NCBI GenBank assembly: GCA_024704765.1
Contig: JAKMXF010000333.1
Location: 124,001 to 188,000, forward strand
From: Oopsacas minuta
Taxonomy: Eukaryota > Animalia > Porifera
Direction of reading: 5' to 3'
DNA: 64,000 bases
The notes below the pieces were generated by a model. The model saw nothing but the letters and a program-made list of their open reading frames with translations, had not been told where the DNA came from and did not search any database. Below are positions 1 to 13,600 of this stretch, piece after piece (the first letter of the stretch is position 1; each line of letters starts with the position of its first letter). The translations under genes and the position numbers were made by a program.

Positions 1-60
1 TATATTTAGTGAAGTTTTATTGAATTCTATTTACTTCCTTGATAAACACGATAAATACAT
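1..60. repeat. Left arm of an inverted repeat (partner 1028-1087), cut by the window edge
   Basis: The reverse complement of 1-60 matches 1028-1087 at 52/60 positions with no gaps, compared by hand. Confidence 0.9.
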
Positions 61-405
61 AGTTATGCGACAATTTCAAAATTGCACATCGTAAATCTTT
101 TCCTTGACAACGGACGAATAAACAGACAAACAGACAACAATTGAGACTTAATAATATAGGTTAACCCCTCCCATTAATGTGTTTTCAGGCGATTCCAAGC
201 ATTGGCGCGGGTTTTAGGAAACAAAATTGTTTCTCTTTAGTAGCAGCAATTTCCCATGGTGAGCCTGAGGGCTCTCCATGGGAAATTGCTGCTACTTCTT
301 GTCTAAATTTCGGTCCCCGCCTCAAAACTTGGGGATCCAAACCCCCAGGTACCCAAACTTAGCACCTATTATTCAATTTACTCATTCTGATGTGTATTCA
401 CTTAA

Positions 406-450
406 ATTGACTTCGCTCAAATGGGATTCGCTCAAATGGGATTCGCTCAA
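406..450. repeat. 15-bp tandem repeat x3 (atgggattcgctcaa)
   Basis: Exact copies lie at 421-435 and 436-450, with a 12/15 copy at 406-420. Confidence 0.85.
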
Positions 451-1027
451 CTGAGTTTCACGAGTTATACAGGTTGTTCTGAGCACGCTCCTAGCTTTCC
501 TCCTCTCAAAATTTCATACGCCTAAATGAGTAAATTAGCGTTATGGTATTGGGAGATATCTTCAACTTTTAAGCTCCTAAATATCTCTTGTATTCTTCTA
601 GAAATTAATTAAAACCGCTAATCATCCATAATTCTTAATATATTAATACACGTTAGACAATTTCAAAGTTGTGAAAATGTATCCAGCATATACATCTAAA
701 TGATTAATCATATATGTATATGTATACAGGCGCGCCACCATGAGGAGTGGCAAAGCGGGGGCAGTTAATTTTGAAGGGGGCAGTTTTTCATGCAATCATA
801 TCTAAATACAGGTCCATAACCACCCAAACGCTGCTAAATTCTAGTTTGTGACGTTTGACTCGTGCTCAATCGGACTGCACAAAGTATTGTGTCGTCGGCC
901 CTGATATAACCATATACATAATATCCAATTAAATGAAGAAACTTTCATTTTACATCACTTAATTCTTCATTGAATATCTCATGTACATAAAATTACATAT
1001 GAGAAACTTTGGTTCCTGAGTATAAAT

Positions 1028-1087
1028 ATGTGTTCATCGTGTTTATCAAGGATGTAAACAGAATTCTATATAACTTGATTAAATATA
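1028..1087. repeat. Right arm of the inverted repeat (partner 1-60)
   Basis: atgtgttcatcgtgtttatcaaggatgtaaacagaattctatataacttgattaaatata versus revcomp(1-60) atgtatttatcgtgtttatcaaggaagtaaatagaattcaataaaacttcactaaatata. Confidence 0.9.
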
Positions 1088-1095
1088 TCCAACAT

Positions 1096-1463
1096 GCTGA
1101 ATCCGATTTTCGTACTTTTGGATTAATCATATGTAAATTTATTGTTGTTTTTTAGAATATAAGTAAACAAATAGTTGAAATCTCAAAATATACGTAGAGA
1201 CGTGCTCTTAACAGCTGCAATGTGGTAACCAAGTTAGCTGAATCCGAATTCCGCTTTCTCAAGTTTCTCATGAGCAAGTTAATTGTCGTATTTATGAATA
1301 TTAAATAAACAAATAGTTGAAATCTCAAATTTACTTAGAGAATTGCTCTCAACAGAAATATAGGGGTAATCAAGTACGCTGAATCTGAATGTCGCATTTT
1401 CATGTTTCTCATATGCGAATTTTTGTTATTTTTGTGAATATAAAGTAAGCAAATAGTTGAAAT
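1096..1463. repeat. Diverged ~141-bp tandem repeat, ~2.6 copies
   Basis: gctgaatc(c/t)ga recurs at 1096, 1237 and 1378 (period 141). aaatagttgaaat recurs at 1169, 1311 and 1451. Confidence 0.9.
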
Positions 1464-1489
1464 ATATATTTTTATTTATTCATTTTGCA

Positions 1490-1582
1490 ATGTTTATACT
1501 TTGCCAAATTCGAGGTACAAAGTGTTCGCAACCGCGGTCAGTTCTTTTACTATCCCAAAACTTATTAATACTTCTGAGCTGA
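1490..1582 (+). other. 30-codon upstream ORF in frame with the giant ORF, ending in TGA 3 nt before ATG 1586
   Basis: ATG 1490 reads MFILCQIRGTKCSQPRSVLLLSQNLLILLS, then TGA at 1580-1582, ACT, and ATG 1586. Whether it is translated is unknown. Confidence 0.4.
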
Positions 1583-1607
1583 ACTATGATATTTATAATG
1601 TTAATAG
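1579..1607 (+). other. Candidate 3' splice acceptor (…ataatgttaatag|GG), phase 1
   Basis: An AT-rich tract ends in TAG|G at 1605-1608, with a branch-like ctgaac at 1579-1584. Splicing here would enter the giant frame in phase 1, just before the first module. Confidence 0.3.
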
Positions 1608-1618
1608 GGTGTCAAGCT
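1586..1618 (+). other. Possible short N-terminal signal peptide (MIFIMLIGCQA|V)
   Basis: A hydrophobic stretch ends in small residues (C-Q-A) directly before the first, N-terminally truncated module. At 11 aa with no charged n-region it is short, so the true start may lie in an upstream exon. Confidence 0.35.
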
Positions 1619-4600
1619 GTTTCTCTAACCAGCAGCACATTGGACTTGAACATCGGATTCCTAACTCTAACCTTTGACGGTGATATTAATGATACCACGG
1701 CTGATTGTACCAAAATTAATATCCAACAGAGAAGTACTGGCGGAGTGGTTATTCCTTTAAGCAACTCGTTTGTAGCAAACAGTCTTTCTACGACTGAACT
1801 ACTTTGTGATCTTGATATAGACAAGATAACTCTGCTGAGGAATCCTAGCGTTGCAACTCGTATTAACAATACATTTATCAATGTTCTTGTTGGTGCTAAT
1901 ATCGAGGATACATTAGGCATACCTGTTCGTGTACCTATAATGTCTACTTTACCAATAAATGATACTACGAATCCATCTCTTGATCGTTTTCTGTTATTTG
2001 ATCTAAACTTGGGGCTTTTAGAACTAAGTTTTGATGATTATGTTGATCCAACAACTTTGAATACCACAGCCCTAATAATACAGTTTGATTTCGAAACCAA
2101 TTATTCAATGCCTGAACTTTTCTACAGATTAACTGGCGGTACATGTTCTGCTAGCTGTGAAAATAGTAAAACTTTATATATTACATTATCACCAGCTGAT
2201 CTCAATCAAATTAAAACCCGGCTTCAGGTGTGTACTTCAAAGACAGATTGTGTACCCACGTTCTCAACTTTCTTCATACAGGACTATGCTGGCAATCCTG
2301 TTGTTGTCGCTGCAAATGTGGAAGAATTGGTTGCTGAGAGATTGTTAAGAACATTCGTTTCGGACGTTACGTCTCCTAACTTAACTGCTTTTGATATTGA
2401 TCTTGAGGCAGACACCATAACGCTATTTTTTGACGAACCTGTTGATGCGGTGGATACTCTTAATGTAAATTTAATGACGTTACAAGGTTCTAAAACAGAC
2501 CTTACTGATTCTGTATCTCTCTTAGATACATTTACCTCTGATACTTATGAGTTTGTAGTAACTCTTTACCTCAGTTCAGACAAGCAGTTAATCAAAGATT
2601 CTGTTTTCTTTAATAGTGAGAATGACACATTCATTTCATTTACATCTGATGCAATTAAAGATATTGCGGGTAACAAAGTTCTCCCAATACTATCTACTGA
2701 TGCGCTACGTGTTAGGAATTATACTAAAGACACGACTCCTCCCTTTCTCATCTCTTTTGAACTTGATCTAGATGCTAACTCTATAACATTTTTATTTTCT
2801 GAATTGGTCCTCGTCAATTCTCTTATCCCAGTAACTAACATATTTCTATTGAATAACACAACTGGAAATGTGAATATCACTTTAGGAGGGATTATACAAG
2901 GCGGTCCTTTCACTCAAAACTCTGAATTAATTTCTATAACTCTGCTGTTAGATGATGAGTCGATTAGTCGTATCAAGCGTGACGATAGGATTGGTAATAG
3001 TACAGCTGATACTATATTAGGACTCTTTTTTGGTGCGTTTCAAGACAGAAATGATCTCTACAATCGGGCAGATACAGTACAGAATATATCCTTCGTTCCT
3101 GATATGACTCGACCCAGTCTGATAGAATTCATTCTTGATATGAACGTGGGAGAGCTATTGATGACTTTTGATGACGTCATTAACTCTACTTCGGTTATAT
3201 TCTCATCCATTATACTTCAAAATGATGGTTCTGACCCAACCCTGGAGAGAGAGTTAACCGGTGGTGTATCTTCCTCAGATAGTAATCTTGTTCTCACTCT
3301 AGGACTTGATTTTGATGATGTAACTTACCTCAAAGGTACTCTTGGTTTGGCAATAACCTCTGCTAATACCTTTATTAGCATGTTTAACGACGCTTTCTTG
3401 GATACTAATGGTTTCATGATCAATCCAATCGGTCCTCGAAGTGCACTTGCAGCTTCAATGGTAATCCCAGACACAACTCCGCCAATTCTCCAATCATTTA
3501 GATTAGACATGGATAGTGACAATCTCTATGTTACATTTGATGAGCCTGTGAAAGAAAATCCAATCATATTCTCCCAAATTGCTATAATAAATTCATCTTC
3601 TTCCTCACGAGCTGAAGTTATTCTGTCGGGAATAGATTCAACAATGATTAGCCACACGAAAAGAGTTATCACTCTTAATCTCAATATCGATGATACAAAT
3701 GATCTCAAGGAAATACGAAACCTCGCTACTAATGAAAATAATACTCTAATCGATTTCCTAAATGACACATTTCAGGATACTGTTGATAATGGTATAATTG
3801 GATCTGTCATACCTTCTCTACTGCTTGTACCTGATAGTACTTCACCACGTTTGCAGGAATTTGTTCTTTTCGATTTAGATTCAGGAACTTTTACACTTAG
3901 TTTCAACGAGCCAGTAATTGAGAGTGCTGTTAACTTTACTGCTCTCAGCTTCCAAAATGATTTCGAAACTAACATATCGAATCCTGAAAATTTCTACACC
4001 CTAACCATGGCAGTAGTAATACCAACTAATTCCACACCAACTCTACTGGTTACTTCACAGTTTTCCAATTATGATTTGAATCAGATTAAATTGAGAAATG
4101 GGCTGTGTGAAGAGAGCACTAACTGTGTTCCTACAATTGAAATGAATTTCATTTCTGATAGAGGGACTACCCCTAATCCTTTATCCGCTATAGTTAATGA
4201 TAGGACGTTTTTAATTGAAAGACTCTTACAAAATTTTGTAGACGATGCGACATCTCCTAATCTCCTTAATTTTACACTAGACCTCAGGACAGATCAATTG
4301 CTATTGACATTTGATGAACCTGTAAACGGACTCGTACTAGACTCTTCTCTTATCTCCCTGCAAGACAGAGCTTCTAATGCCAATTCTTCTGTCGTAATTG
4401 CAATCACTGGAGCTACCACAACAGATATCAGAGAAATTGTAGTTACTATCCAGCTGGGCGATGTAGCTCGTAACTTAAGAGCATCTGGATTCAATAATCC
4501 TAACAATACATTCCTTTTCGTCTCTTCGGGAGCTATTACCGATGTGTCTACTCTCTCCAACCAATTAGTAGATATTCCCAATGATAACGCACTCCAAGCT

Positions 4601-7600
4601 TTGGATGTATTTATAGATGATATCACACCGAATATTACATCTTTCGTTCTAGATCTAGATAGCAATCAGTTGCTGTTAACCTTCTCAGAAGCGATTAGGG
4701 CAAGCGAGGCTAATTCTAGTCTATTCTTTCTACAGGATACATTTAGTCTATTTGGTTCTCCGGTAGAGATCGAGCTAACAGGGAGTTTATTTATTGATGA
4801 GAATGGAAATCCTATAGGAGATGGAGTCGATATAGTTACAGTCAATTTAGCGTCAAGTGCTATCGCATTACTGAAGACCAATGATGACATTGGAACAAAT
4901 TTATCCAACACATATATCCGTATAGACACTTTTGCTATTATTGATATGACTGAACTTGCTAATATCGTTGCAGTCAGTCAGGCATCTTCAGTAATACCTG
5001 ATACTACAAGATCACAACTGTTATCTTATGATTTAGATATGGATGTCGGCCGTCTTGACTTTACTTTTGATGATGTTGTGAATTCAGAATCTGTTTTATT
5101 TTCATCTTTCACTATACAAGATGGATCCAATGGTGTCCAGAGGGTACCACTAACTGGTGGTAATGTCACCAGCATTAGTGGATTTGTCTTTTCGTTCCTT
5201 CTCACTGACCCTGATCTTACTAATATAAAGTTGGTGGGTACATTAGCAACAGGTATAGGGGATACCTATGTTATTATGTCAGCTGACGCTTTGAATGACG
5301 CATCTGGTTTGGATGTGATTGCTATTACAAACGGTAATGCATTGCAAGTTACGAATTACACAGAGGATAGTACAGCGCCAACTCTACTGGGATATACACT
5401 TGATTTAAATTCTGGTACATTTTCTATGACATTTAGCGAGCCACTATCAAATTCTAATCCAAATGTTACTGCATTCGCTTTACAAAATTTGGCCATAAAT
5501 TCCACAAGTATGGTGCGCTTGACTTCACCTCCTAATTCGATTTCACCATCTCCTAATCGCACCATTTTCGAAATAATCATAATTGACGCTGATTTAAATA
5601 CCATTAAATTGGATCTTAATTTAAGCACTAATGTTAATAATACTTTTCTAGTGTTTGATGCAGGTGCGGTATCCGATAGGTCTGTACCTCCTAATGACAT
5701 TTTAGCACTAGCTATAGGCCAAATGGCTCTTGATTTTTTTCCTGACACTACACCTCCAAATTTTATCCGATTTTTGTCATTCGATTTAAATTCTGGGACC
5801 TTTGTGTTAAATTTTGATGAGCCAGTAGATGTCAGCACTGTAGTACTATCCTCTCTCTCATTTCTTAACCACTTGACAAATCCCACTGAAGAATACATTT
5901 TAAAATCTTCTGTATGTAACTCTTCTCTTGATTGTATCAATGGTGCTCAGGTACCCTTTGTTCTGAGTATTGACGATCTGAACGAAATCAAACGACGAGA
6001 ATCTCTGTGTACTTCTATGCTTGATTGTTATGCAACTAACAATCGTACTTTCATACAAGATATGGTCGGAAGTAATATCACAGATATTTCTGTTATTCAA
6101 GTAGAGACTTTTATACAAGATACTACTGCTCCTAATTTACTAGAGTTTGTTTTAGATTTGAATACTTCCGTCCTTTCTCTAACTTTTGATGAACCAATAG
6201 ACGTAACTAGCTTAATTGTAAGTGGTATTTCTATACACAAGAATAGAACAACTGTGTCCAATATTACTCTATCTGCTTCTACAGCAGCGAATACTGTAGC
6301 TACAAGATTCTTGATGCTAGAACTGAATGAAGATGGTAATTCTTTGAAAACAGCTTCCTTTGCAACTAATTTGTCAGATACATTTCTCTCAATTCAGGCC
6401 ATAACCATCAGTGATGTAGCACTTACAGATAATCTAGTCACTAGCATTCCTCTCAGTGAGGCTCTACAAGCTACACAATTTATACCAGACACTACTCCTC
6501 CTACACTTCAGAGTTTTGCTCTCGACCTTAATACCAACCAGCTGATTATGACTTTTAATGAACCAATTCGTGCAAATTCCTCTCTCCAAATCAATCAAAT
6601 TTATTTGCAGAATAGTTCATCTAGCCCAACTTTGTCATTTCCTCTTATCGGAGAAGTTTTTACAACTTCTGGTTCCCCAGTATTCGATGGCTTACAAGTA
6701 CTACGAGTTGATCTTGACATCCCTTTAATTTCTGATATAAAGACAAATATGAATGTAGGTACCTCCATGTTAAATACATTTCTCAGAGTTAATGAATCTA
6801 GTTTCACAGATATGGTGGATCTTCCAAATACATTTTCAATAGTACAAGTAGTTGATTTTATCCCTGATTCTACTCCTGCAGAACTTTCGCAGTTTTCACT
6901 AGATATGGATGAAGGTATTCTCTCACTACTATTTACTGATGCAATTCTTACCTCAACGATTGATTTTTCATCACTGCTAATTCAAACGGTGCCTATCTCA
7001 GATGGATTAGTCCAACTTTCTGGAGGTAATATATCAGGCAATGCTCTTGAAGTAGATATTTTAATTTCAGCACAAGATCTAGTTCAATTGAAAATAAATA
7101 ATTTATTAGCAACGAGTATAAATACTACATTCCTTTCATTTGGTATTGGTGCAATTCTAGACACTAATGGTTTCTCTATTCCTCCAATTTTTTCCGCTAT
7201 TCAAGCCTCCGCCTTTACTCCTGACGAAACTTCACCCAATTTAGCCAACAGTACTCTTGATTTGGATACTGGCAGTATTACTTTATTTTTTGATGAGCCT
7301 ATTGATATACTTTCTTTAGCTTTTGACAACTTAACTATTCAGAGCTCTACGAGCCCAGCTCTAGAGAGCACTACATTAACTGGTGTTGGTAATATTGAAA
7401 ATCTTGATAGCAGTTTTACACGAATTTACATCCCTTTGATAGACACAGATCTCAACAGCCTAAAGATTCAGACTTCACTCGCTACTGCTCTATCTAACTC
7501 CTATATCTCTTATTCTATGTCACTACTTACAGATGTTGCTGGAAATCCTATTACTCAGGATTTGAATGGAGTTCAATTTGGATCTTTTATCGCTGATATG

Positions 7601-10600
7601 ACAAATCCTTCTTTATTTTCATTTCTCTTATTCGACCTCAATACTGGGGAGTTTATATTTCGTTTCGATGAGCCTATAGATGTTACTGCAATCGATTTCA
7701 CAGCTGTCACTTTTCAAGAGGATTTTACAATTGACCCAATTATTGGTGGTTTTGTAACTCTATCTGATGGCATCTGTGATGCTGCTAATGGTTGTGTTAA
7801 TGGACAGAATGTCTCCTTTCAAATTCTCCAAGAAGATCTTAATAGAATCAAGCAGTTCGACGGTCTTTGTGAAGCTACTACTAACTGCGCTCCAGTAATT
7901 GGTTATAATTTCATCTTTGATTTAGCTATTCCCGCTAATCCTTTAAATATAATACCAAACGCTAACACCTTCCTTAGCCAAAGAATATTAGATACCTTTA
8001 TTCCTGACACAACAAGCCCTCAACTTGTAGCATTTGATTTGGATCTTTTGAATGACATAATAGTCTTTGAATTCGATGAAATAGTTGATGGTAATCTAAT
8101 AGATGTCCGTCTAATTACATTACAGGCATCTGCATCTAATGGCCCTACTGTTACACTTAATGATGCAGTAGAAATAGAATCTAGAGCTGACGTAATTACA
8201 TTTCGGTTGCTGTCGGATGCCAGAAGGATTAAAAGCGCACCTTTCGCAACATCAAGAAGTAATACTTTCCTTTTTCTACCTAATCTCACTGTACAGGATG
8301 TGTCTGGTAATTTCATTCAGGCTATCCTAAGTTCAAATGCTTTACAAGTACGGAATTATATCAATGACACTGTTCCTCCTACTGTGCAATCATTTAATTT
8401 AGATTTAAATTCTGGTCAGGTTTGTATCACTTTTAGTGAATTGATATTTTCTTCAGAAACATTACTCAACCTCAGTCGTTTTTTCCTGATAAATGAGAAC
8501 TCCTCTACTCCTTATGTCTCTATCCCACTGACTGGAGGTATATTAGATACTACTGGCCAGTCTGAAATTTCTCAAGCCTGTGTCAATCTTTCAACTGATG
8601 CACTTATTGCCATTAAAGGAAATACAAGCATTGGCATAAACCAAGGCAATACATTTCTTTCCTTAGAAACAGGTGCTATAACAGACAGAAATGACCTGCC
8701 TAATTTGTTAGACAGGACAATGGTTAACGTTATCATACAAGACGCAACTCCTTCAAACCCAATTGAGTTTGCTTTGGACATGAATACAGGGATAGTATCA
8801 CTTACCTTTGATGATGTTATAAATTCTTCACTCATAGACTTTACTGGTCTGCGTTTACAAAACTCTGAAATGTTAACTTTGTTATCTGAAATGGTAATAT
8901 TGACTAGTGGCACTCTTCTCAGTCCGACTGGATTTGTGATTGATTTTAGGATTAATGATACACAACTAGTCTTAATTAAGAGTATGCTTAACCTTGCTAC
9001 TAACATTGAAAACACATACTTATATGTAGAGTCATTTTCATTCACTGATACTTCCTATCCATATGTCATTCCTGTCAATTCAGACACTCTTCAAGCCAGT
9101 AGATTAACCCCTGATGCAACACCGCCTATTCTTATTAACTTTACGCTTAACTTAAATAGCGATATACTTATATTAACATTTGATGAGCCGATGAACACAT
9201 CATTAGTCAATGCTGCCGGGTTCGTGATTCAGAACACTCAAATATCTCCAATACAATTCGTACGTCTACAGGGTAGCGATGATATCTTTGCCAACAATCT
9301 ACTCACTGAAATCACGATTCAATTGTATCCTTCAGACGTTAATTTTATTAAATTGAACGAGAGTCTGGCTAGAAGCGAACAGACTACTTATTTGACATTT
9401 GACAATGGATCTGTATCAGATGTCTCTGGTAATACTATCATAGGTGTTGCTATAGGGATTGAAGCCTCTTCATTCGTAGCTGACAAAAATTCTCCTTCTC
9501 TCACCTCTTTCAATATCTATGATAATAATCAAGGTCTTATTGAGCTGCAATTCAACGAGCCAGTCAACACAAGCAGTATTAACATCACTGGGCTAATCTT
9601 ACAGAGGGACTTCTTTGTACAGCCATCTGTGCTATCTCAACGCTCATTCCAACTCACTCAAGCCTTTTGCAATAGAACTTTTGATTGTATGAATGGATTT
9701 ATTATTACAATATCATTTGGGCTTGATGACTTCAATGGTATTAAACTGAATGAATATATCTGTACCTCTACTACAAATTGTGTACCACAAATTGAATCAT
9801 CATTCATCAAGGATATGTCTGGAAATGAAATAAATGAATTGCCGAATACTGCTACATATCTGGAGGCTAGATTGTTGCGTAGTTTTATTGATGATTCTAC
9901 TGATCCAATTTTGTATTCTTATGAACTTGACCTTAATACTAACATCTTGATCGCTAGCTTCAACGAACCTATCAATGTTAAATACTTTAACGTTACTGGT
10001 ATCACACTTCAATCCTCTCAAGTAAATGGGGATGAGATTACCCTATCTTCATCCACAGTTTCTGGAAAGATTGCAATAATTGTTACGATTGACCTCAACG
10101 ACGATGCTAACTTCCTAAAAGCAGCTGACTTCGCTACAAATACATCTAATACATATTTATATCTCCAAACTTACACAACTTTTGATCTATCTAATGCTCG
10201 TAACCCTGTTAAACAAATTCTATCAACTGATGCATTGCAAGCTACTACTGTTACGTCTGACACTACTCCACCTCAAGCCATCCAATTCATCCTTGATTTG
10301 AATAGAAATAAATTGTTTATTACTTTCAGTGAACCTATCAAAGCTATAGCATTGAATTTGACTAGAATTACTCTTGAAAATATGGATAGTCTGAGTCCCA
10401 TTGTTTCTATTCCTCTCTCTGGGACCTTGTTAACTACTAACGAGACTACCCTTACCAATGGGTTAATTGCTGTTTGTCTCATTATTGATGATCCTACCCT
10501 TTCAAATATCAAATCAAATGATTTGATTGGAACAAGAATTGAAAATACTTTTCTCGTTGTTACTTCTGGAGCGTTCTCTGATATGAATGATCAGTTGAAT

Positions 10601-13600
10601 ATGGACCACCAAATCCAATCCAATCAAGTCATTTCGGATCAAACTTTGACCCAAATTGATAACTTTTCACTTGACCTTAACTTAGGATTGTTGCAACTCA
10701 ATTTTTCAGATGTTATCGACGCTAGCTCTGCTAAAATAAATTCTATCTCTTTCCAAGACGCTCCGCTTGCAAGTTACCGTGTTCCATTGACTGAAGGCTC
10801 AGTTATTTTTTCATCGCCACTATCTGTTACTGTCCAATTGACCAACGATGACATAATTTCCCTAAAGAGTACTCCTATCATTGCTACTTCGATATCTACC
10901 ACATATCTTGTTATGAGAGCTGATGCTTTTTCAGATATTTCTAATTTAAATATTCTTTTGATTCCTGACGGATCAGCTCTAAGAGCATCCTACTTTATTC
11001 CTGATGTAACTTCTCCTAATTTTGTTAACTTCACTCTAGACATGAATGTTGGTATACTATTGGTTACCTATGATGAACCATTGGGTGTTAATTCTGTTAA
11101 CGTAACCTTAATCACCATTGCAAATATGACTTCATCAAGTACATCTATTCCCGTTACTGGATATTCTGATATCAACTTTTACAATAGCAGTACTATTATT
11201 GCTATCACCTTAACTTTGTTAAATCTCAATGCTATCAAAGCTGATCAGGGTATAGGTAATTCTCAGGATAACACGTTCTTACGCCTACTAGAAGGCACAG
11301 TGTTAGACGTAGCTGGTAATCCTAACAACTTAATAAATACAGGGATTGGTGCTTTTATTGCAGATCAGACTGGACCTACACTCACTTCATTCCTACGTAT
11401 AAATATAGATGTTGGAACGATTCAATTCGAATTTGACGAACCTATCCTAGTATCAAGCATTAATCATTTGGGGTTTACTCTTCAAGACGATTTCTATAAC
11501 AATTACACTGATATATCATCTTTCTATACTCTTGAGAAGCCCGTTATCTGTACTGTTGCTGATGGATGTGTTGATAGTACAATTCTTAACTTTACTCTCG
11601 ACCCTGATGATCTGAGCAATATCAAGGAACGATTAAGCGTTTGTACAGTGAGAACTAATTGCGTCCCTGTCTTTGAATCCTCTTTCATCACAGATATGGC
11701 TGTTGTACCTAACTATCTAACTGCAGTACCTAATGGTAGGACTAATCTTGATGAACGATTATTGCAGGAGTTCTTATCTGACACAAGTAATCCAACTCTT
11801 GATTTTTTCTCTCTCAATCTGATCAAAGATACTCTCACCCTCACATTCAGTGAGCCAGTAGATGTATCTTCCATACAAGTTTCTAACATACTTCTGCAAT
11901 CATCAGCTACTGGTGGAGAAAACCTCACATTATCATTCAGCACTGCAAGAGGGAGTATTGCAAAGATTATCATAATTGATCTCAATGAAGATGCTCCTCT
12001 CATAAAAGCTGAGAATATCGCATCTTCTGAAAACAACACATTCCTCTCAATTCAGAGCGGCACCGTGTTTGATGTTGCTCTCATCCCTAACCCGCTAATA
12101 GCTATATCTTCTGACAATGCTCTTCAAGTCGATGAATTTATTACAGATTTTGACCCCCCGTTTTTGCAATCCTTCGAGCTGAATCTTAATCTCAATCAGT
12201 TAATATTAACCTTCAATGAGAGAATAAAAGGAGCTCAATTATACTTGTCTCGTTTAAGTTTACAGGATTCTGATAATTCACCCAACTTTGCCATTGTCCC
12301 AACTGGCACACTTACAGACATGTTTGGAGAACCTGTTACCAACGATATACAGATTATTTACATTAATCTATTACAAGAACCAGCTCTTTCTTTGAAAACC
12401 AATCCTGATTTCGGAACATTCCAGAACAATACATTTCTCTCTGTAGAATTCGCAGCTTTTGAAGATCTTATTGGTTTACCTAATGCTCCTGATACTACCC
12501 AGGCTTCATCTGTCACGGAAGATGTGACTAGAGCTAGTGTTGAATCTTTCACTTTAGACTTAAACACAGCTCAGCTCTTACTAACTTTTAACGATGTAGT
12601 AGACAACTCAACTGGCATATTTAATGGTATAACTATCCAAGAGAGACAGCAAGGAGCTCTTCGTGTCACATTAACCGGTGGTAGTGTAATATCACCAAGT
12701 GGCTATGTCATTGTCATTCTGCTAGAGAGCAGTGACATTATTCGCCTCAAGAGTACGTCAGGACTTGCAATTTCTGAATCTGATACATTCTTGGTTATCA
12801 CTGATGCGGCTTTTAGAGATACCGCCGGGAGAAACATTATCGCAATTCAAGATAGTGGAGCTTTACAGGTGAACCCATTCATTCCTGACCGCACGCCTCC
12901 TCTATTGATTGAATTCACACTGGATATGGATAATAGTGAGCTCAGTGTTACCTTTGATGAACCTATCAATCCTGATTCTATCATTTTCAATCGACTTCGG
13001 CTCTTGAACACATCTGTAATTTCTGCTCAAATTGAAGTTGTAACACTATCAACTCCTATCTCCTCCATTCCCTCTCCAGATTTTACTGTGTTTTTGATAA
13101 CTCTCAACACCACATCTGACATTGAAAGTTTAAAATCTATCGCAGGCTTAGCCACCGATATCAATAATACCTTTATTCAAATCCTTGATGGAGCTTTTGT
13201 AGACATGGCTGAGGTTAGTAATGAAGCAAACCAAACTCTTAATCCAATCGTTAAAGCTTCAGACCTCATGCCAGATTTACTATCACCTTTTCTAGTTACT
13301 TTCATACGTGTTGATATGAATTTAGGTCTCGTGACATTATCCTTTAATGAACCAGTTGATGTCTATTCTGCTAACTTCATAGAATTCACTTTGCAAAGTG
13401 CTTTTTCTGTTAATTTAGCCGAAACCTCTGCTTACTATACCCTCAGCGGAGGAATTTGTCTCTCTTCATTTGGATGTAGCGCTGGATCTGAATTTACTTT
13501 TCAATTGAATGAAAATGATCTTAACCAAATAAAATCTAGAAATGGCTTATGCATCTCATCACAGACTTGCAGTCCAACTTTTACTTCAGATTTTATTACA

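Larger units (their letters stand above)
1..1463. mobile_element. Possible degenerate non-autonomous foldback/MITE-like element or nested repeat cluster
   Basis: An inverted arm pair is followed by an internal tandem array in AT-rich non-coding DNA. No transposase or target-site duplication was identified. Confidence 0.3.

Noticed and set aside
177-362. 61-aa ORF MCFQAIPS...
   Set aside because: It is short, has no recognisable motif or signal peptide, and lies in repeat-rich non-coding DNA.
729-805. GGCGCGCCACCATG (AscI site plus perfect Kozak), resembling a cloning junction or start site
   Set aside because: The ORF closes after about 20 codons, is not hydrophobic, and no vector sequence is adjacent. 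It is probably chance within a GC-rich repeat end.
1021-1028. TATA box (tataaata)
   Set aside because: It is expected by chance in very AT-rich DNA, lies at the edge of a repeat arm, and no transcription start is known.
406-1463. CRISPR array
   Set aside because: The repeats are head-to-tail or diverged, with no unique spacers of constant length and no cas genes.
1580-1582. Alternative genetic code (TGA=Trp) suggested by the in-frame TGA
   Set aside because: The following 20,805 codons need no TGA reassignment as far as I read, and Trp is encoded by TGG (e.g. 27269). One codon is not evidence of recoding.
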